Shown here piece by piece: positions 1 to 25,045 of a stretch of DNA of 64,000 nt. Location of the stretch: the NCBI RefSeq assembly GCF_009914755.1, contig NC_060931.1. One strand, 5' to 3'. Made by a program: the position numbers and the translations under genes. Position 1 is the first letter of the stretch. Every line of letters starts with the position of its first letter. The stretch comes from the human T2T-CHM13v2.0 reference genome, Homo sapiens. Under the pieces are notes generated by a model that was not told where the DNA came from, did not search any database, and saw only the letters and a program-made list of their open reading frames with translations.

Positions 1-20
1 TGCCACTGCACTCCAGCCTA

Positions 21-176
<156 letters not shown>

Positions 177-369
177 CTACTAAAAAAATACAAAAATTAG
201 CCGGGCGTGGTGGCATGTGCCTGTAATCCCAGCTACTCAGGACGCTGAGGCTGGAAAATCACTTGAACCCAAGAGGCAGAGGTTGCAGTGGGCTGAGAAC
301 GTGCCACTGTACTCCAGCCTGGGCAACAGAGCAAAACTCTTTTCTCTAGAGACGAAGAAGAGAGAACTT

Positions 370-1361
<992 letters not shown>

Positions 1362-1776
1362 TGAACTCCTGGCCTCAAGTGATCCTCCCATCTCTGCTTC
1401 CCAAAGTGCCAGGATTGCAAGCGTGAGCCACTGCACCTGGCCAATACCCCTTCTTTTATAGTTATGAGCTAGAGGCAGCAAGTGACTTGGTCAAGGTCCC
1501 ACAGTGGGCACCTGACACCCATGCTCTTGCTCTCTCCTGGCTCTGCGGAGCATTCTTGTCTCAGCATGGGTGACCTTTCGGGCAATCCTGGTATGGGAGG
1601 GGGAAGGAAGGTACTATCTGTTCTTCCAGGCCAGCCACAGACCTTGAGGGAGCCACAATAAACGCTGTGTTTGTTTGATAAAGCAGTTGGCTTTTGGTCT
1701 GGCAGGAGGAAGAGCTGGAACAGGTGTGGCAAGAGCGGGCAGCCTGCAGCACCTCTGTGGGAGATGGGTGAGACAG

Positions 1777-2880
<1,104 letters not shown>

Positions 2881-3424
2881 TGAGCCACCACGCCCAGCCC
2901 AAAATCTTAACAATACAAACTCACATTAATTGAACTCCTACTGTATACATAGCACTATGCCATGTGCTTTTCGTGCAGACAGGCATGCCTTCATTCCACA
3001 GATATTTCTGACCAGCCTCCTTGTGCCAGCCCTCTCTGGGTGCTACAGACAGAGAGAAACAGCTCAAGACACTGTCCGTGACCTTGGGAGATGACTTTCT
3101 GGTAGAGAAGTCTAACAAGAAACAAAACAACAATTGGCCAGGCTTGGTCACTCACACCTGTAATCCCAGCATTTTGGGAGGCTGAGGCAGGCAGATCACT
3201 TGAGGCCAGGAGTTCGAGACCAGCCTGGCCAACATAGCGAAATCCCATCTCTACTAAAAATACAAATTATTATCTGGGCACGGTGGCTGACACCTGTAAT
3301 CCCAGCTGCTTGGGAGGCTAAGGCAGGAGAATCGCTTGAACCTGGGAGGTGGAGGTTGCAGAGTGAGACTCTGTCCCAAAAAAAGAAAAGAAAAGAAAGG
3401 GCCAAGCGCAGTGGCTCACGCCTA

Positions 3425-3773
<349 letters not shown>

Positions 3774-3954
3774 TTAAGCCTCAACACAGCCCAGTGTTAT
3801 TATCATACCCATTTTGTAGATGAGGAAACTGAGGTTCAAAGGAGTAAACTCCACTGTTTACCTGGTCAGTTTGGTTTTGGCCAATTTTCCTCTGCAGGGA
3901 GTAAGGATAAAGATGGGGATGGAAAAGACAAGTTAGAGGGGCTCTCATGGATCA

Positions 3955-4785
<831 letters not shown>

Positions 4786-5439
4786 TTACCTGGGACCCTG
4801 CTCAGCTGTGGTCTCTGTGTTACCAGCTCCGCCACCTCCGCTTAGGCCTTAGACTCCAGAAAGGATAAAAAAAAGAAGTTAGGATGGACCTGAAGCCAGA
4901 CACAGATGTGTGTGCACATGGGGGAAGCTGTAGGATGGAGTAGGATACCTCCCTTCCCCCATCCCTCCCCCAGGAGGCCCCAGGGGTGCCCAGGTGTTGG
5001 GAGAGACAAGGGGAGACTCTGAAGCCTGGGAGCCCTGCCATTGGGGATTGGATCTGTCTCCCTTCTCTGCCACATCCCCCTGGCTTGGGGTTGCTGGGGT
5101 GGGCTAAGGAGGCAGGCGAGACCTGGGCCTCACAGTGTAGCCAGGAGGGATGGCGTCCAGGCTGCTCTCTTGAAGCTGCTGGTAAATGAATAACCCTGCC
5201 CCTGCCTCCATGGCTCCCCGGCTCTCCTGGCCAGGGACTGCTGGGGGTGGAGGCAGATGCAACCCCTTGGTCCTCTGCCCATGCCTGCAAATCCCATCCC
5301 AGACAGACCCAGAGAAACCTCCTCTCGGTTCCCTCCATCTCCTTTCCCTAAGCCCCTTCATTGTCTAAGGCGACCTCCTTCTCCCATCCTTTCCTCTCAC
5401 TAAGCCCGGCCCCTTCACTGAGCCCCCTCCAATCTCTAA

Positions 5440-9672
<4,233 letters not shown>

Positions 9673-9679
9673 CACAATT

Positions 9680-10990
9680 CCCTTTCTATGCAAATCTCTT
9701 GCACGCATTGTCTACGGCTCCTGGTTTCAACTCTCGCCTCCCACTCCCTTTTCCATCTAGTGTTTCCGTTTCCACACCTCTTGCTAAGGCCACCAATGAC
9801 CACCTGGCTACTGTGAATTCCGTGGCTATTCCTCAGGTCTCATCTTGCCTGACCACTCCTGCAACCTCAGACACTGTTGCCCACACCCACCTCCTTGAAA
9901 CTCTTTTTGTTCTGTGAGTTTCTAGACTGACTTCTTCCCCGACCCTGGTTTCGGTTGCCATCCCTATGCAACGACTTTCAGGTTTACGAGATCTCTAGAC
10001 GTCATCCTACTTCCTGGACGTCTCTGCCAGGACGTTCTCCAGACTCGCCAAACTCTACATTTATTTTATTTTTATTTATTTATTTTTTGAGACAAGATCT
10101 CACTCTGTCGCCCAGGCTGGATTGCAGTGGTGCATTCTCTACTCGCTGCAGCCTCAATCTCCTGGGCTCAAGTAAACCTCCCACCTCAGCCTCCCATGTA
10201 GCTGGGATTACAGGCATATACCACCATACCTAGCTAATTTTTAATTTTTTTGTAGAGATGGGGTCTCACTATGCTACCCAGGCTGGTCTCGGACTCCTAG
10301 GCTGAAGATACTCTCCAGCCTTGGCCTCCCAAAGTGCTGGGATTACAGGCGTGAGCCACCATGCCCTGGCCTCACCAAACTCTATACGTTCAAAATGGAA
10401 CCCATCATCTTTCCGTCTCCTATTTTGGTAAATGATACCACTATCCAATCAGTGACCTAAGTTGAAACTCCCAGATTCCAGCCTTCTTTTCTAGATTCTC
10501 GCCTCTCTCACCCTGCACATCCAAATGGCTCCCGGGTCCTGCCCACTTTAACAGCCCCTGTCAGGTTCTGCCCCCACTCCCTGCCCCTGCCTAATTTCTG
10601 GCCACCATCATTTCACTCCAAGATGGCGGCATATCCTGTTAGGTGGTTCCCCTCCTTTATCTTTCTCCTTGAATCCCAGTTCCACAGGGGCTGCTGGAGA
10701 GGTTAAAAGCATCTGACCAGGTACTTCCCCTTTCATGACTCCCTACACCCAGAGTAAGGTTCAAAGTTTGTAATTCCACATACGGACTCTCCATGACTTG
10801 GCCTTTGCTTGCTGGAGTCCTGGGCTTTACTGACACTTCCTGTCTCCCTTTATGTTCCATCCAGTCATTTGAATCTCTCGCCCCCACCAAGTCACCCTGT
10901 GCCTGGGTTCAGGCCCCTTTTCCCGCCTGAATCTCCTGTGTTTTCTCCAAGGCACCAGTGCCTCTCCACACTGTTCACCTTAACCACTCC
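9680..10990 (+). mobile_element. L2 LINE remnant interrupted by an AluJ
   Basis: L2-like motifs (ctaaggccaccaatgacc, cacctccttgaaactc, ccaccatcatttcactcc, catctgaccaggtacttccc). Confidence 0.6.
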
Positions 10991-10994
10991 TCTG

Positions 10995-10996
<2 letters not shown>

Positions 10997-11036
<40 letters not shown>
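10997..11036. repeat. Perfect (GT)20 microsatellite
   Basis: Uninterrupted GT repeat next to an antisense Alu tail. Confidence 0.95.
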
Positions 11037-11039
<3 letters not shown>

Positions 11040-11889
11040 GTCGTTGTTGTTTTTGAGACAGGGTCTCACTCTGTTGCCCCAGCTGGAGTGCAGTGGCACA
11101 ATCATAGCTCACGGTAGCCTTTACCTCCTGGGCTCAAGCCATCCTCCTGCTTCAGCCTCCTGAGTAGCTGGGACCACAGGTGTATGCCATCATACCCAGT
11201 TAATTTTTTTTTTTTTTGGTAGAGATAGGGTCTTGCTATGTAGCCCAGGTTGGTCTCGAACTCCTGGGCTCAAGCGAGCCTCCCACCTCGTCCTCTAGGA
11301 GTGAGCCAGTGAGACCCGGCCTCAAGCCCCTCTGAGATACCCCTTCTAAGTCCTCCCTCTTTCCCTCCCTTGAGGGTCCCAGGAAGGAGATGGGGACCCT
11401 TTCTCATCTCTCCCCCAGGTGAGAAGATTTGGCCCGGTTTTACTTTTGGTGGCGTGTTTTATCCAAACAATAGGTCTTTTTGTTTTCGTTTTTCCAATAG
11501 GAAATGGCAGTACGGAATGCGCTCTTTCACAAGGCGCACGGGAGATTCCGAATGTGTCGGGTATTGTGCGGGGTCCGGGCTCCCAGCACAGACCCAGGGG
11601 CACATCTCTGCCACCTTCCCCTCCCATCCCCAGCCATGGCGTGCGGAAAGTGCTCATGCCTGCTTCCTAGATTGGGCGCTGGCTTTGGCCTCACAGGCTG
11701 TCTTCCGAATCCCCAGGGAGTGGGCAAGTGACCACCCCGCCATCACCAAGCTCAGCTTACAACCCCATCTTCCCTCTAAGCTCCATCCGGGAGAGCGAGA
11801 TCCAGCCAAGGCCGCCCCGAGGGGGAGCTCTGCAGGGAGGTGGAGGCGCTGGGAACAAGGAGGCTCCAGCGAGTGCAAAACGAAAGGCT

Positions 11890-11895
11890 TTTATT
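11890..11895 (-). terminator. CLDN3: CLDN3 polyadenylation signal AATAAA (cleavage expected near 11870)
   Basis: The plus strand reads TTTATT at 11890-11895, ~370 nt past the stop codon, in the only AT-rich patch of a GC-rich 3' UTR. Confidence 0.9.
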
Positions 11896-12205
11896 GAAAA
11901 ATATCAAGTGCCCCTTCCAGGGCTGCCGGTCCCTGCCCAGCGCGAGCATGGGGGCAGCGGCCCGATGGGGCTCGACGGGGTGGTCAAGTATTGGCGGTCA
12001 CCCAGGCCCCGTGCTCCAGAAGGGTGAGGTTTCACAGTCCATGCAGGTTGGTCCCTGGGCCCCGAAGTCGACTGCCCGGCCCGCAAAGCCGTGGCTGCTG
12101 GGGAAGCTGCCCCAGTCCAGCGCGGGGGCTTCCTGGCTTCTGGGGGTGGGCTGGCCTCCGAGGCAAGGCTGCACGCTGGATGGCCTGGTGCGCGCTCCAG
12201 CTCGC

Positions 12206-12243
12206 GGTGGTGGTGGTGGTGTTGGTGGTGGTGGTGGTGGTGG
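12206..12243. repeat. Interrupted (CCA)n trinucleotide repeat at the start of the CLDN3 3' UTR
   Basis: The plus strand has (GGT)n with one GTT interruption, starting ~20 nt after the stop codon. Confidence 0.9.
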
Positions 12244-12263
12244 GGTCTCCCTGCGTCTGTCCC

Positions 12264-12926
12264 TTAGACGTAGTCCTTGCGGTCGTAGCCTGTGCCCAGG
12301 CTGGCTCCCGGGCCGGTGGAGCGCGGCGCGGAGTAGACGACCTTGGTGGCCGTGTACTTCTTCTCGCGTGGGGGACACGAGCAGCAGAGCAGCGCGCCCC
12401 CCAGCAGCTGCAGCGCCGCGGCCGCCCAGCCCACGTACAGGCCCGCGCCCATCTCGCGCTTCTGCGCCTCGGGCACCACGGGGTTGTAGAAGTCCCGGAT
12501 AATGGTGTTGGCCGACCAGGACACCGGCACGAGGGTGAGCAGGGCGGCGAGAAGGAACAGCACGCCTGCCACGATGGTGATCTTGGCCTTGGCCGTGTCG
12601 TCCTGCACGCAGTTGGTGCACTGGGCGCCCACCAGCGCCACTAGCAGCCCGAAGGCGGCCAGCAGGATGGCCACCACGATGAGGGCGCGGGCCGCCTGAA
12701 GGTCCTGTGGCAGTGCCAGCAGCGAGTCGTACACCTTGCACTGCATCTGGCCGGTGCTCTGCACCACGCAGTTCATCCACAGGCCCTCCCAGATGTTCTG
12801 CGACGTGATGATGTTGCTGCCGATGAAGGCCGACACGCGCCACATGGGCAACGCGCAGCACACGATGGTGCCCAGCCAGCCCAGCACGGCCAGCGCGGTG
12901 CCCGTGATCTCCAGGCCCATGGACAT
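12264..12926 (-). CDS. CLDN3: Claudin-3, 220 aa four-pass tight-junction protein and Clostridium perfringens enterotoxin receptor; intronless CDS
   Basis: The [22 protein letters not shown]... has the claudin ECL1 signature W-GLW-C-C ([18 protein letters not shown]), four hydrophobic segments, the ECL2 CPE-binding motif NPVVP and a C-terminal PDZ-binding YV (GYDRKDYV). Start context is GCAGCCATG and GC3 is high. The sequence is recognised as human claudin-3. Confidence 0.99.
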   Translation of the reverse strand: MSMGLEITGTALAVLGWLGTIVCCALPMWRVSAFIGSNIITSQNIWEGLWMNCVVQSTGQMQCKVYDSLLALPQDLQAARALIVVAILLAAFGLLVALVGAQCTNCVQDDTAKAKITIVAGVLFLLAALLTLVPVSWSANTIIRDFYNPVVPEAQKREMGAGLYVGWAAAALQLLGGALLCCSCPPREKKYTATKVVYSAPRSTGPGASLGTGYDRKDYV

Positions 12927-13020
12927 GGCTGCCGCGGCAAGGCCCGCTCCACCGGGTGGCTCCGGGTGCGGGGAGACGAGGGGCCGGGGCCGCTGGGCCT
13001 GGCGGGAGCTGCGGCGCCCC

Positions 13021-13048
13021 GACGGACGGACGGACGGACGGACTGACT
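13021..13048. repeat. (GACG)n / (CCGT)n tetranucleotide repeat in the CLDN3 5' UTR
   Basis: gacggacggacggacggacggactgact. Confidence 0.9.
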
Positions 13049-13063
13049 CACCGACGGCGCGCG

Positions 13064-13081
13064 CTAACGGCTCGGCTCCAT
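13064..13081 (-). other. Upstream ORF (MEPSR*) in the CLDN3 5' leader
   Basis: The minus strand reads ATG GAG CCG AGC CGT TAG; the ATG lies 155 nt upstream of the CLDN3 ATG, with +4 G and -3 C. Confidence 0.6.
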
Positions 13082-13099
13082 ACGCTCTCGCCGCGGCTG

Positions 13100-13620
13100 C
13101 GCCTGCACCTGCCTGTGGCTTTGTGGGCGGGCGGCGGCGACTGGGCTGGCCCTGGGCTGGGGCCGGTGCGTCTTAGCTAAGTGCCCAGCGCTCCGGTGGG
13201 GGCGGTAGGGGCGGAGCCGCGCTCTCCAGGGCCTAAGGACAGTGACGTGGCCCCTGCCTCCCACCTTCACCGAGCGTCCTGGGAGGAAGGACTTGGCCCT
13301 GCGCGGCCCACAACGCCGGGGTAGGGGGGTTGCCAAGGAAGGGCGGGACCTGACCCAGCCCCCGCCCCTCGGTCCTTGTCCCTCTCTGCTCGGGAATGAA
13401 TTCTCCGGGGCAAAACCGAGGACGGGATGCGTCAGGGGCTTGGGGTGCAAATCCCAAAGAATTTGACACGGCTTCTCTCTCCTCACCACTTTGGGCGCTT
13501 TTGGCACGTGCCGCGTGGGGATGGGGGCGCTGCCAATTACCCCGGAACGGCGGGGCGGGGAGGACCAGGGTGGGCGTGGCCGCGGCTGTTTGCAGGAGCC
13601 GCGCACCTGCTGCTCTGCCC
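13100..13620 (-). promoter_or_regulatory. CLDN3: TATA-less CLDN3 proximal promoter with GC boxes, CRE-like sites and E-boxes
   Basis: Tandem GGGGCGG at 13199-13205 and 13208-13214 with further GC boxes upstream; TGACGTGG at 13243-13250; TGCGTCA at 13428-13434; CACCTG (Snail/ZEB-type E-box) at 13106-13111 and 13604-13609. The TSS is inferred near 13145-13175. Confidence 0.75.
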
Positions 13621-14259
13621 CTCCCGTACACACGTCGCACAGGCTCAGCCTGAGTCCGGGCGGTGGGGTTGTCCAGCCCAGGAATTGCTGGGCCCAGAAG
13701 CCAGGGACTGCCTGCGCAAAGGTACCCAAAAGATGCCCTTAAGCCTAACTAAGCTCAAATTCCTCTCCAGCTCTCCCTCCAGTTCCCATCGCTGGCCGTG
13801 AGCCTGCATGCCTTTAGCTAAGCTGCTCTCCCCTCCCAGAAGTCCCCCTCCTCCCATTGAGTCCCCTCCCCTCTCCGAGCCCTGTCCTCCCTCCCTTTGA
13901 GCCTGAGTCAGGGCTGAGGCCCACCTTAATGAAATGGTGGTGAAAGAGGTTCGATCTCCGCAAAAGTGGGAAATCGGGCAGGACCGAGCACCGTGGTGGC
14001 TGACTCCTGTAATCCTCGCACTTTGGGAGGCTGAGAAGGGAGGATTGCTTGAGACCAGGAGTTCGACACCAGCCTGGGCAAAATAGTGAGACCCCGTCTC
14101 TACAAAAAATTAAAAAACTAGCCAGGTGTGGTGGCGTGTGCCTATAGTCCCAACTACTCCGGAGGCTCAGGCAGGAAATTACTTGAGCCCAGGAGTTCGA
14201 GGCTGCAGTGAGCTATGATCGCACCACTGCACTCCAGCCTGGGCATCAGAGCAGACCCT

Positions 14260-14292
<33 letters not shown>

Positions 14293-14339
14293 TTGGGAAG
14301 TCAGAAATGCTACACTCAAAGCCCTGGCTGTCACACCTG

Positions 14340-15952
<1,613 letters not shown>

Positions 15953-16282
15953 GGGAAGACTTTCTCATGTTCCTTCAACCTTGCCTACCCAGGCTTTCCT
16001 ACTGGCATAAATGACTGATAAAGGGATACTGCTGTGCTGAGTCAAGGGGGCTTGGTCATCTTGTAGGAGTCAAGGGCTCTTCCAGAGAGAAGAGAGACCC
16101 CATTGAGCTGGGCCTTGGGGTTTTTTGGGGTTGCCTCCATATCTCAAATCACAGGCATGCAGCCTGTGCCCTCTTCTGTAAATGCCTAAGCCTTGGAATG
16201 ATAGAAGAGCAAGAAACATGGCTGGGTGCAGTGGCTCACACCTGTAATCCCAGCACTTTGGGAAGCTGAGGCGGGTGGATCA

Positions 16283-16555
<273 letters not shown>

Positions 16556-16879
16556 TCATGGAAACCAGGGTTCTACTTCTTTCAGGAGCAAAGGTCTTGG
16601 GCTGCACCTGTTGGGCAGGGCCTGGGCAGATCTGGGAGTGCCAGTCCAGAGGGCCCAGCTGGTGCTGGGTGGAGCTGTTCTAGAGGAAGTTCATATAACT
16701 CAAGTCCTCCAGTGGACTACTGGCTGCTACAGTTTCCTGGTGAGTGGGGGTGGCTCTGGGCCAGAAGAAAAGTAGACCCTCCAGGTGGTGTGGCTGGGCT
16801 TAGACTAGGGGTTGAGGCCCAGAGTGGTCCCCACTGCACTGCCAGTTGTGCCTGGATTGGGCACTGTGAGCCCTACGCC

Positions 16880-17015
16880 TGCTGGCCTTGAGGCTGGTGA
16901 AAGTCACGTCGCCTCTCTTAGCCTCAGTTTCCTCCTCTATAAAATTAGGGAAATGGTGTCTGCATGACTCACTTCCAGGGTTATGGTAAGAATAGAGGCG
17001 ATGTTAAGTATGCTA
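16880..17015 (+). mobile_element. MIR remnant
   Basis: MIR core gcctcagtttcctcctctataaaattaggg. Confidence 0.7.
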
Positions 17016-17604
17016 TAAAAGCAGAAAACAGCCAGGCAGGGCATGTATATGTCCAGAGAAATTGTACAGAGAAAAGGTAGATCTGAACTTGAGCCTGGCT
17101 TTGCTCTCCTGGGTCACGAGCGCTTGAGCCAGTCCTTTTACCACCTTGAGCCTCAGTTTCCCCATCTGTGAGACAAGAGTTGTCCTGAGTTGCTTGGGTT
17201 TGGGGCTTGTCCCTGAGCCTGGGGGAGGTGGACCTGCTGGGCAGGGCTGCACTGAGATGAGGCCAGCAGGACAGAGCTTCATGCCCAGAGGCCAAACTTC
17301 AGGGACTTTGCAAATAAGACTTTGCCTCTGGGCAAACACAGCTCCAATCAGCTTTTTGCTCAATACCTACCATGATTCCTACAACTCAATAATAAAAAGA
17401 CAAATAAACCAATTAAAAAATGGCCAAAGAAACTGAGCAGACATTTAGAATAGAGAAAGAATGTATAAAAATGGCCAATAAATGTGACTAGGGGGCGGTA
17501 TCTCACGGCTGTGATCTCGGCACTTTGTGAGGCCAAGGCAGGAGGATCGCTTGAGGCCAGGAGTTTAAGACCAGCCTGGACAACATAGCGAGACCTTGTC
17601 TCTA

Positions 17605-18042
<438 letters not shown>

Positions 18043-18291
18043 CTAGGAATACCCAAGAGACACAAAAGCATATGAGCAGGTCAGACAAAAAAAACTTGTA
18101 CCTGAATGTTTGTAGCAACATTGTGCATAATAGCCAAAAAGTGGAAACATCCTAAATGTTCATCAACTGATGAATGGGTAAATAAAATGTGATCTAGCCA
18201 TACAAAGTAATATTATGCAGCCATTAAAAAGGAATAAAGTACTGATACATGTTGCAACATGAAGGAACCTTGAAGACATTGCAGTAAGTGA

Positions 18292-18645
<354 letters not shown>

Positions 18646-18753
18646 TGATTCCATTTATTAAAACATATTCAGGGCTGTGTGTGGTGGCTCATACCTGTAA
18701 TCCCAGCACTTTGGGAGGCTGAGGTGGGCGAATCACAAGGTCAAGAAATTGAG

Positions 18754-20048
<1,295 letters not shown>

Positions 20049-20186
20049 AAATGGATTACCATTTGAATTGGTGAGTTGTATGGTATGGAAATGGTACTTC
20101 AATAAATCTGTTAAAATAAAAACCAGTGTGGTGTTCGGGCCTGCAGTGTATGTCTGAGTGTGTCACCTGAGTGTGGAGGTGCTTAG

Positions 20187-20348
<162 letters not shown>

Positions 20349-20363
20349 TAGGACTGCAGGTGA

Positions 20364-20879
<516 letters not shown>

Positions 20880-21458
20880 TGAGGCTTGGAGTCTCCAGGC
20901 ATAATGGACGCCCCTCCTCCACTCCTGAACCTCGTGTCCAGAAGCAACAGCATGATCTGGCAGTGGGATTAGCTGCTTCAGGAGTGGAGCCCTGCCATAA
21001 ATGCTGAGTATCCAATGCATAAATGCAGGGAAGGGGAGCTCTGCACCTGCTCTGGTCCAGGAGGGCTTCCTGTAGGAGGCTGAGCAGGAGCTGGTGGAGG
21101 TGACGAGGTGTGTTTGCACAGAAGGGTGTATGTGTGGAAGAGAGATTCCAAGGAGCAAAGGGCCAGAAAAAGAGGAATTGAGAGAGCAGCACCCACAGCT
21201 GGGAGATTAGCCTGTTCTCTGTCTCCCACCTGGTATCCATCCCCCAAGAAAGTCCCCAGCGCACCATGCCTCTCCCCTACTGCAACTACTGCATTCTCTT
21301 CCTCCTGTACCAGCCAGTCCCTCTCCTCTCCCCAGTCGGCAATATCTACGAGGGTCAGGATCCTGCAATCTCTAGCATCAGAAGAGATGAGGATTGGCCA
21401 GGCGCGGCGGCTCACGCCTGTAATCCCAGCACTTTGGGAGGCTGAGGTGGGTGGATCA

Positions 21459-21758
<300 letters not shown>

Positions 21759-22293
21759 TTAGGTCCTCCATCGCTCTGGCTGGGGGACTCACCGTGCAAA
21801 GCCCATGGAGAAAGGGGGCACTGGAAGTCCGTGCATGCATACTGAGATCTTGAAGAAACATCACCCCTTATCTGGCCGCAGAATGTGGGTGTCAGTGTGG
21901 TGGTGCTGTATGTGCATCTGTGTGTGTGTGTGAGTGTGCATGACTGTAGGTGTGTGTGCGGCATGTGATCAAATCCAGGTAACTGAGCATGACATTTGTG
22001 GCTGATTGTGTGCCTGTGTGTGTATCGGTGGGTGTGCAGTATTTGTGTGTGGTGTGTCTGGGTGTGTGGGGATGAGAAATGAACAGTAGCGATAATGCAC
22101 ATCAGCAAATATGTTTTAGGCCGAGCTCGGTGACTCACACCTGTAATTCCAGCACTTTGAGAGGCCAAAGAGAGCAGATTACTTGAGGTCAGGAGTTCGA
22201 GCCCAGTCTGGCCAACATGGTGAAACCCCATCTCTACTATAACTACAAAAATTAGCTGGGCGTGGTGGCCCACACCTGTAGTTCCAGTTACTA

Positions 22294-22455
<162 letters not shown>

Positions 22456-22760
22456 TCAGTTTCATTTGCTCTGAACTATGTTCCCAGGTCTTGGCCAGAG
22501 GTTGCAAACTGCAGCCCAGGGGCAGAATTTTATCTGCAGTGAAAAGTTTTTTATCTGCCAGTACAAAATTTTATCTGCCAGTACAAAGTTTTTCTCAAAT
22601 CTGAAATAGAATGCCTCTAGGTGGGGTATGCATACTTCACTTACTACTGGCATTCCACAACTACTCTCTTTTTTTCCCTCCCTCCCTGCCTGCCTCCCTC
22701 CCTCCTTCCTTCCTTCCTTCCTTCCTTCCCTTTCTCTCTCTCTCTTTTTTTTTTTTTTAG

Positions 22761-22883
<123 letters not shown>

Positions 22884-23346
22884 TAGCACCACGCCTGCCT
22901 AATTTTTGTATTTTTATTAGAGACAGGGTTTCATCATGTTGGCCAGGCTGGTCTTGAAATCCTGCCCACTTTGGCCTCCCAAAGTGTTGGGATTACAGGC
23001 ATGAACCACTGCACCCACTCTCTCTTTTCTTAAAAAAAAAAAAAGTTCTGGACTGAGATAAAACACACCTATTCTCTTTTGTGTTTTAATTAAATTCTTA
23101 ATTTTGAGAGATTTGTAAATTCACCAGCAATTGTTAAAAAAAAAAAAAAAAAAAGAAACAGATCCTGTAACCTTTACCTGGTTTTCCCCAATGATAACAT
23201 CTTGGAAAATTATAGTATGATATTACCAGCCAGGTAATTGCATTGTCAGGATATTGACAATAGTAAGATATAGAACTTTCCTTCTCCGTAAGGATCCCTC
23301 CTGTTCCTCTTTTATAGCCATACCTACTTCCCTTCTAACTCAACCC

Positions 23347-23843
<497 letters not shown>

Positions 23844-24319
23844 GACTGGTCTTGAACTCCTGGCCTCAAATGATCTGCCTGCCTCAGCCTCCCAAAGTCC
23901 TGGGATTATAGGCGTGAGCCACCATGCCTGGCCTCTACTCTTATTTTTTGGAGAGATTAAACAAAAAATAACGAATGGGGTTGAAATTTGTCAAATGCTT
24001 TTCTATGTCAATTGAAATGATGTGATTTTTCTTCTTTAGCTTGTTAATCAAATTGACTTTTGGATATTGAGCCAGCCTTATATGCCTGGAGCAAACTCGC
24101 TTGGTCATGGTGTGTACTTCTTTTTGTCTATTGCTGAATTCTATTTGAAAACATTTTGTTAAGGATTTCTGAGCCTATATTCATGAGAGAGAGTATTAAT
24201 CTCAAGTTTTTTTTTTGTACTGTCTTTGTCTAATTTTGATATCAGGGTAATACTAAATAAAATGAACTGGGAAATGTTCTCCTTTCTTCTGTGTTCTGGA
24301 AGAGACTGCATAGAAATGG

Positions 24320-25045
<726 letters not shown>

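Larger units (their letters stand above)
11800..13730. promoter_or_regulatory. CLDN3: CpG island covering the whole CLDN3 gene and its promoter
   Basis: Very high GC content and dense CpG in an Alu-free zone (about 11330-13980), contrasting with CpG-depleted flanks. Boundaries are approximate. Confidence 0.9.

Noticed and set aside
11840-13729. Antisense and upstream ORFs of 146-287 aa overlapping CLDN3 and its promoter, as independent genes
   Set aside because: These are shadow ORFs expected in a CpG island with high GC3; they mostly have non-ATG starts and no recognisable domain.
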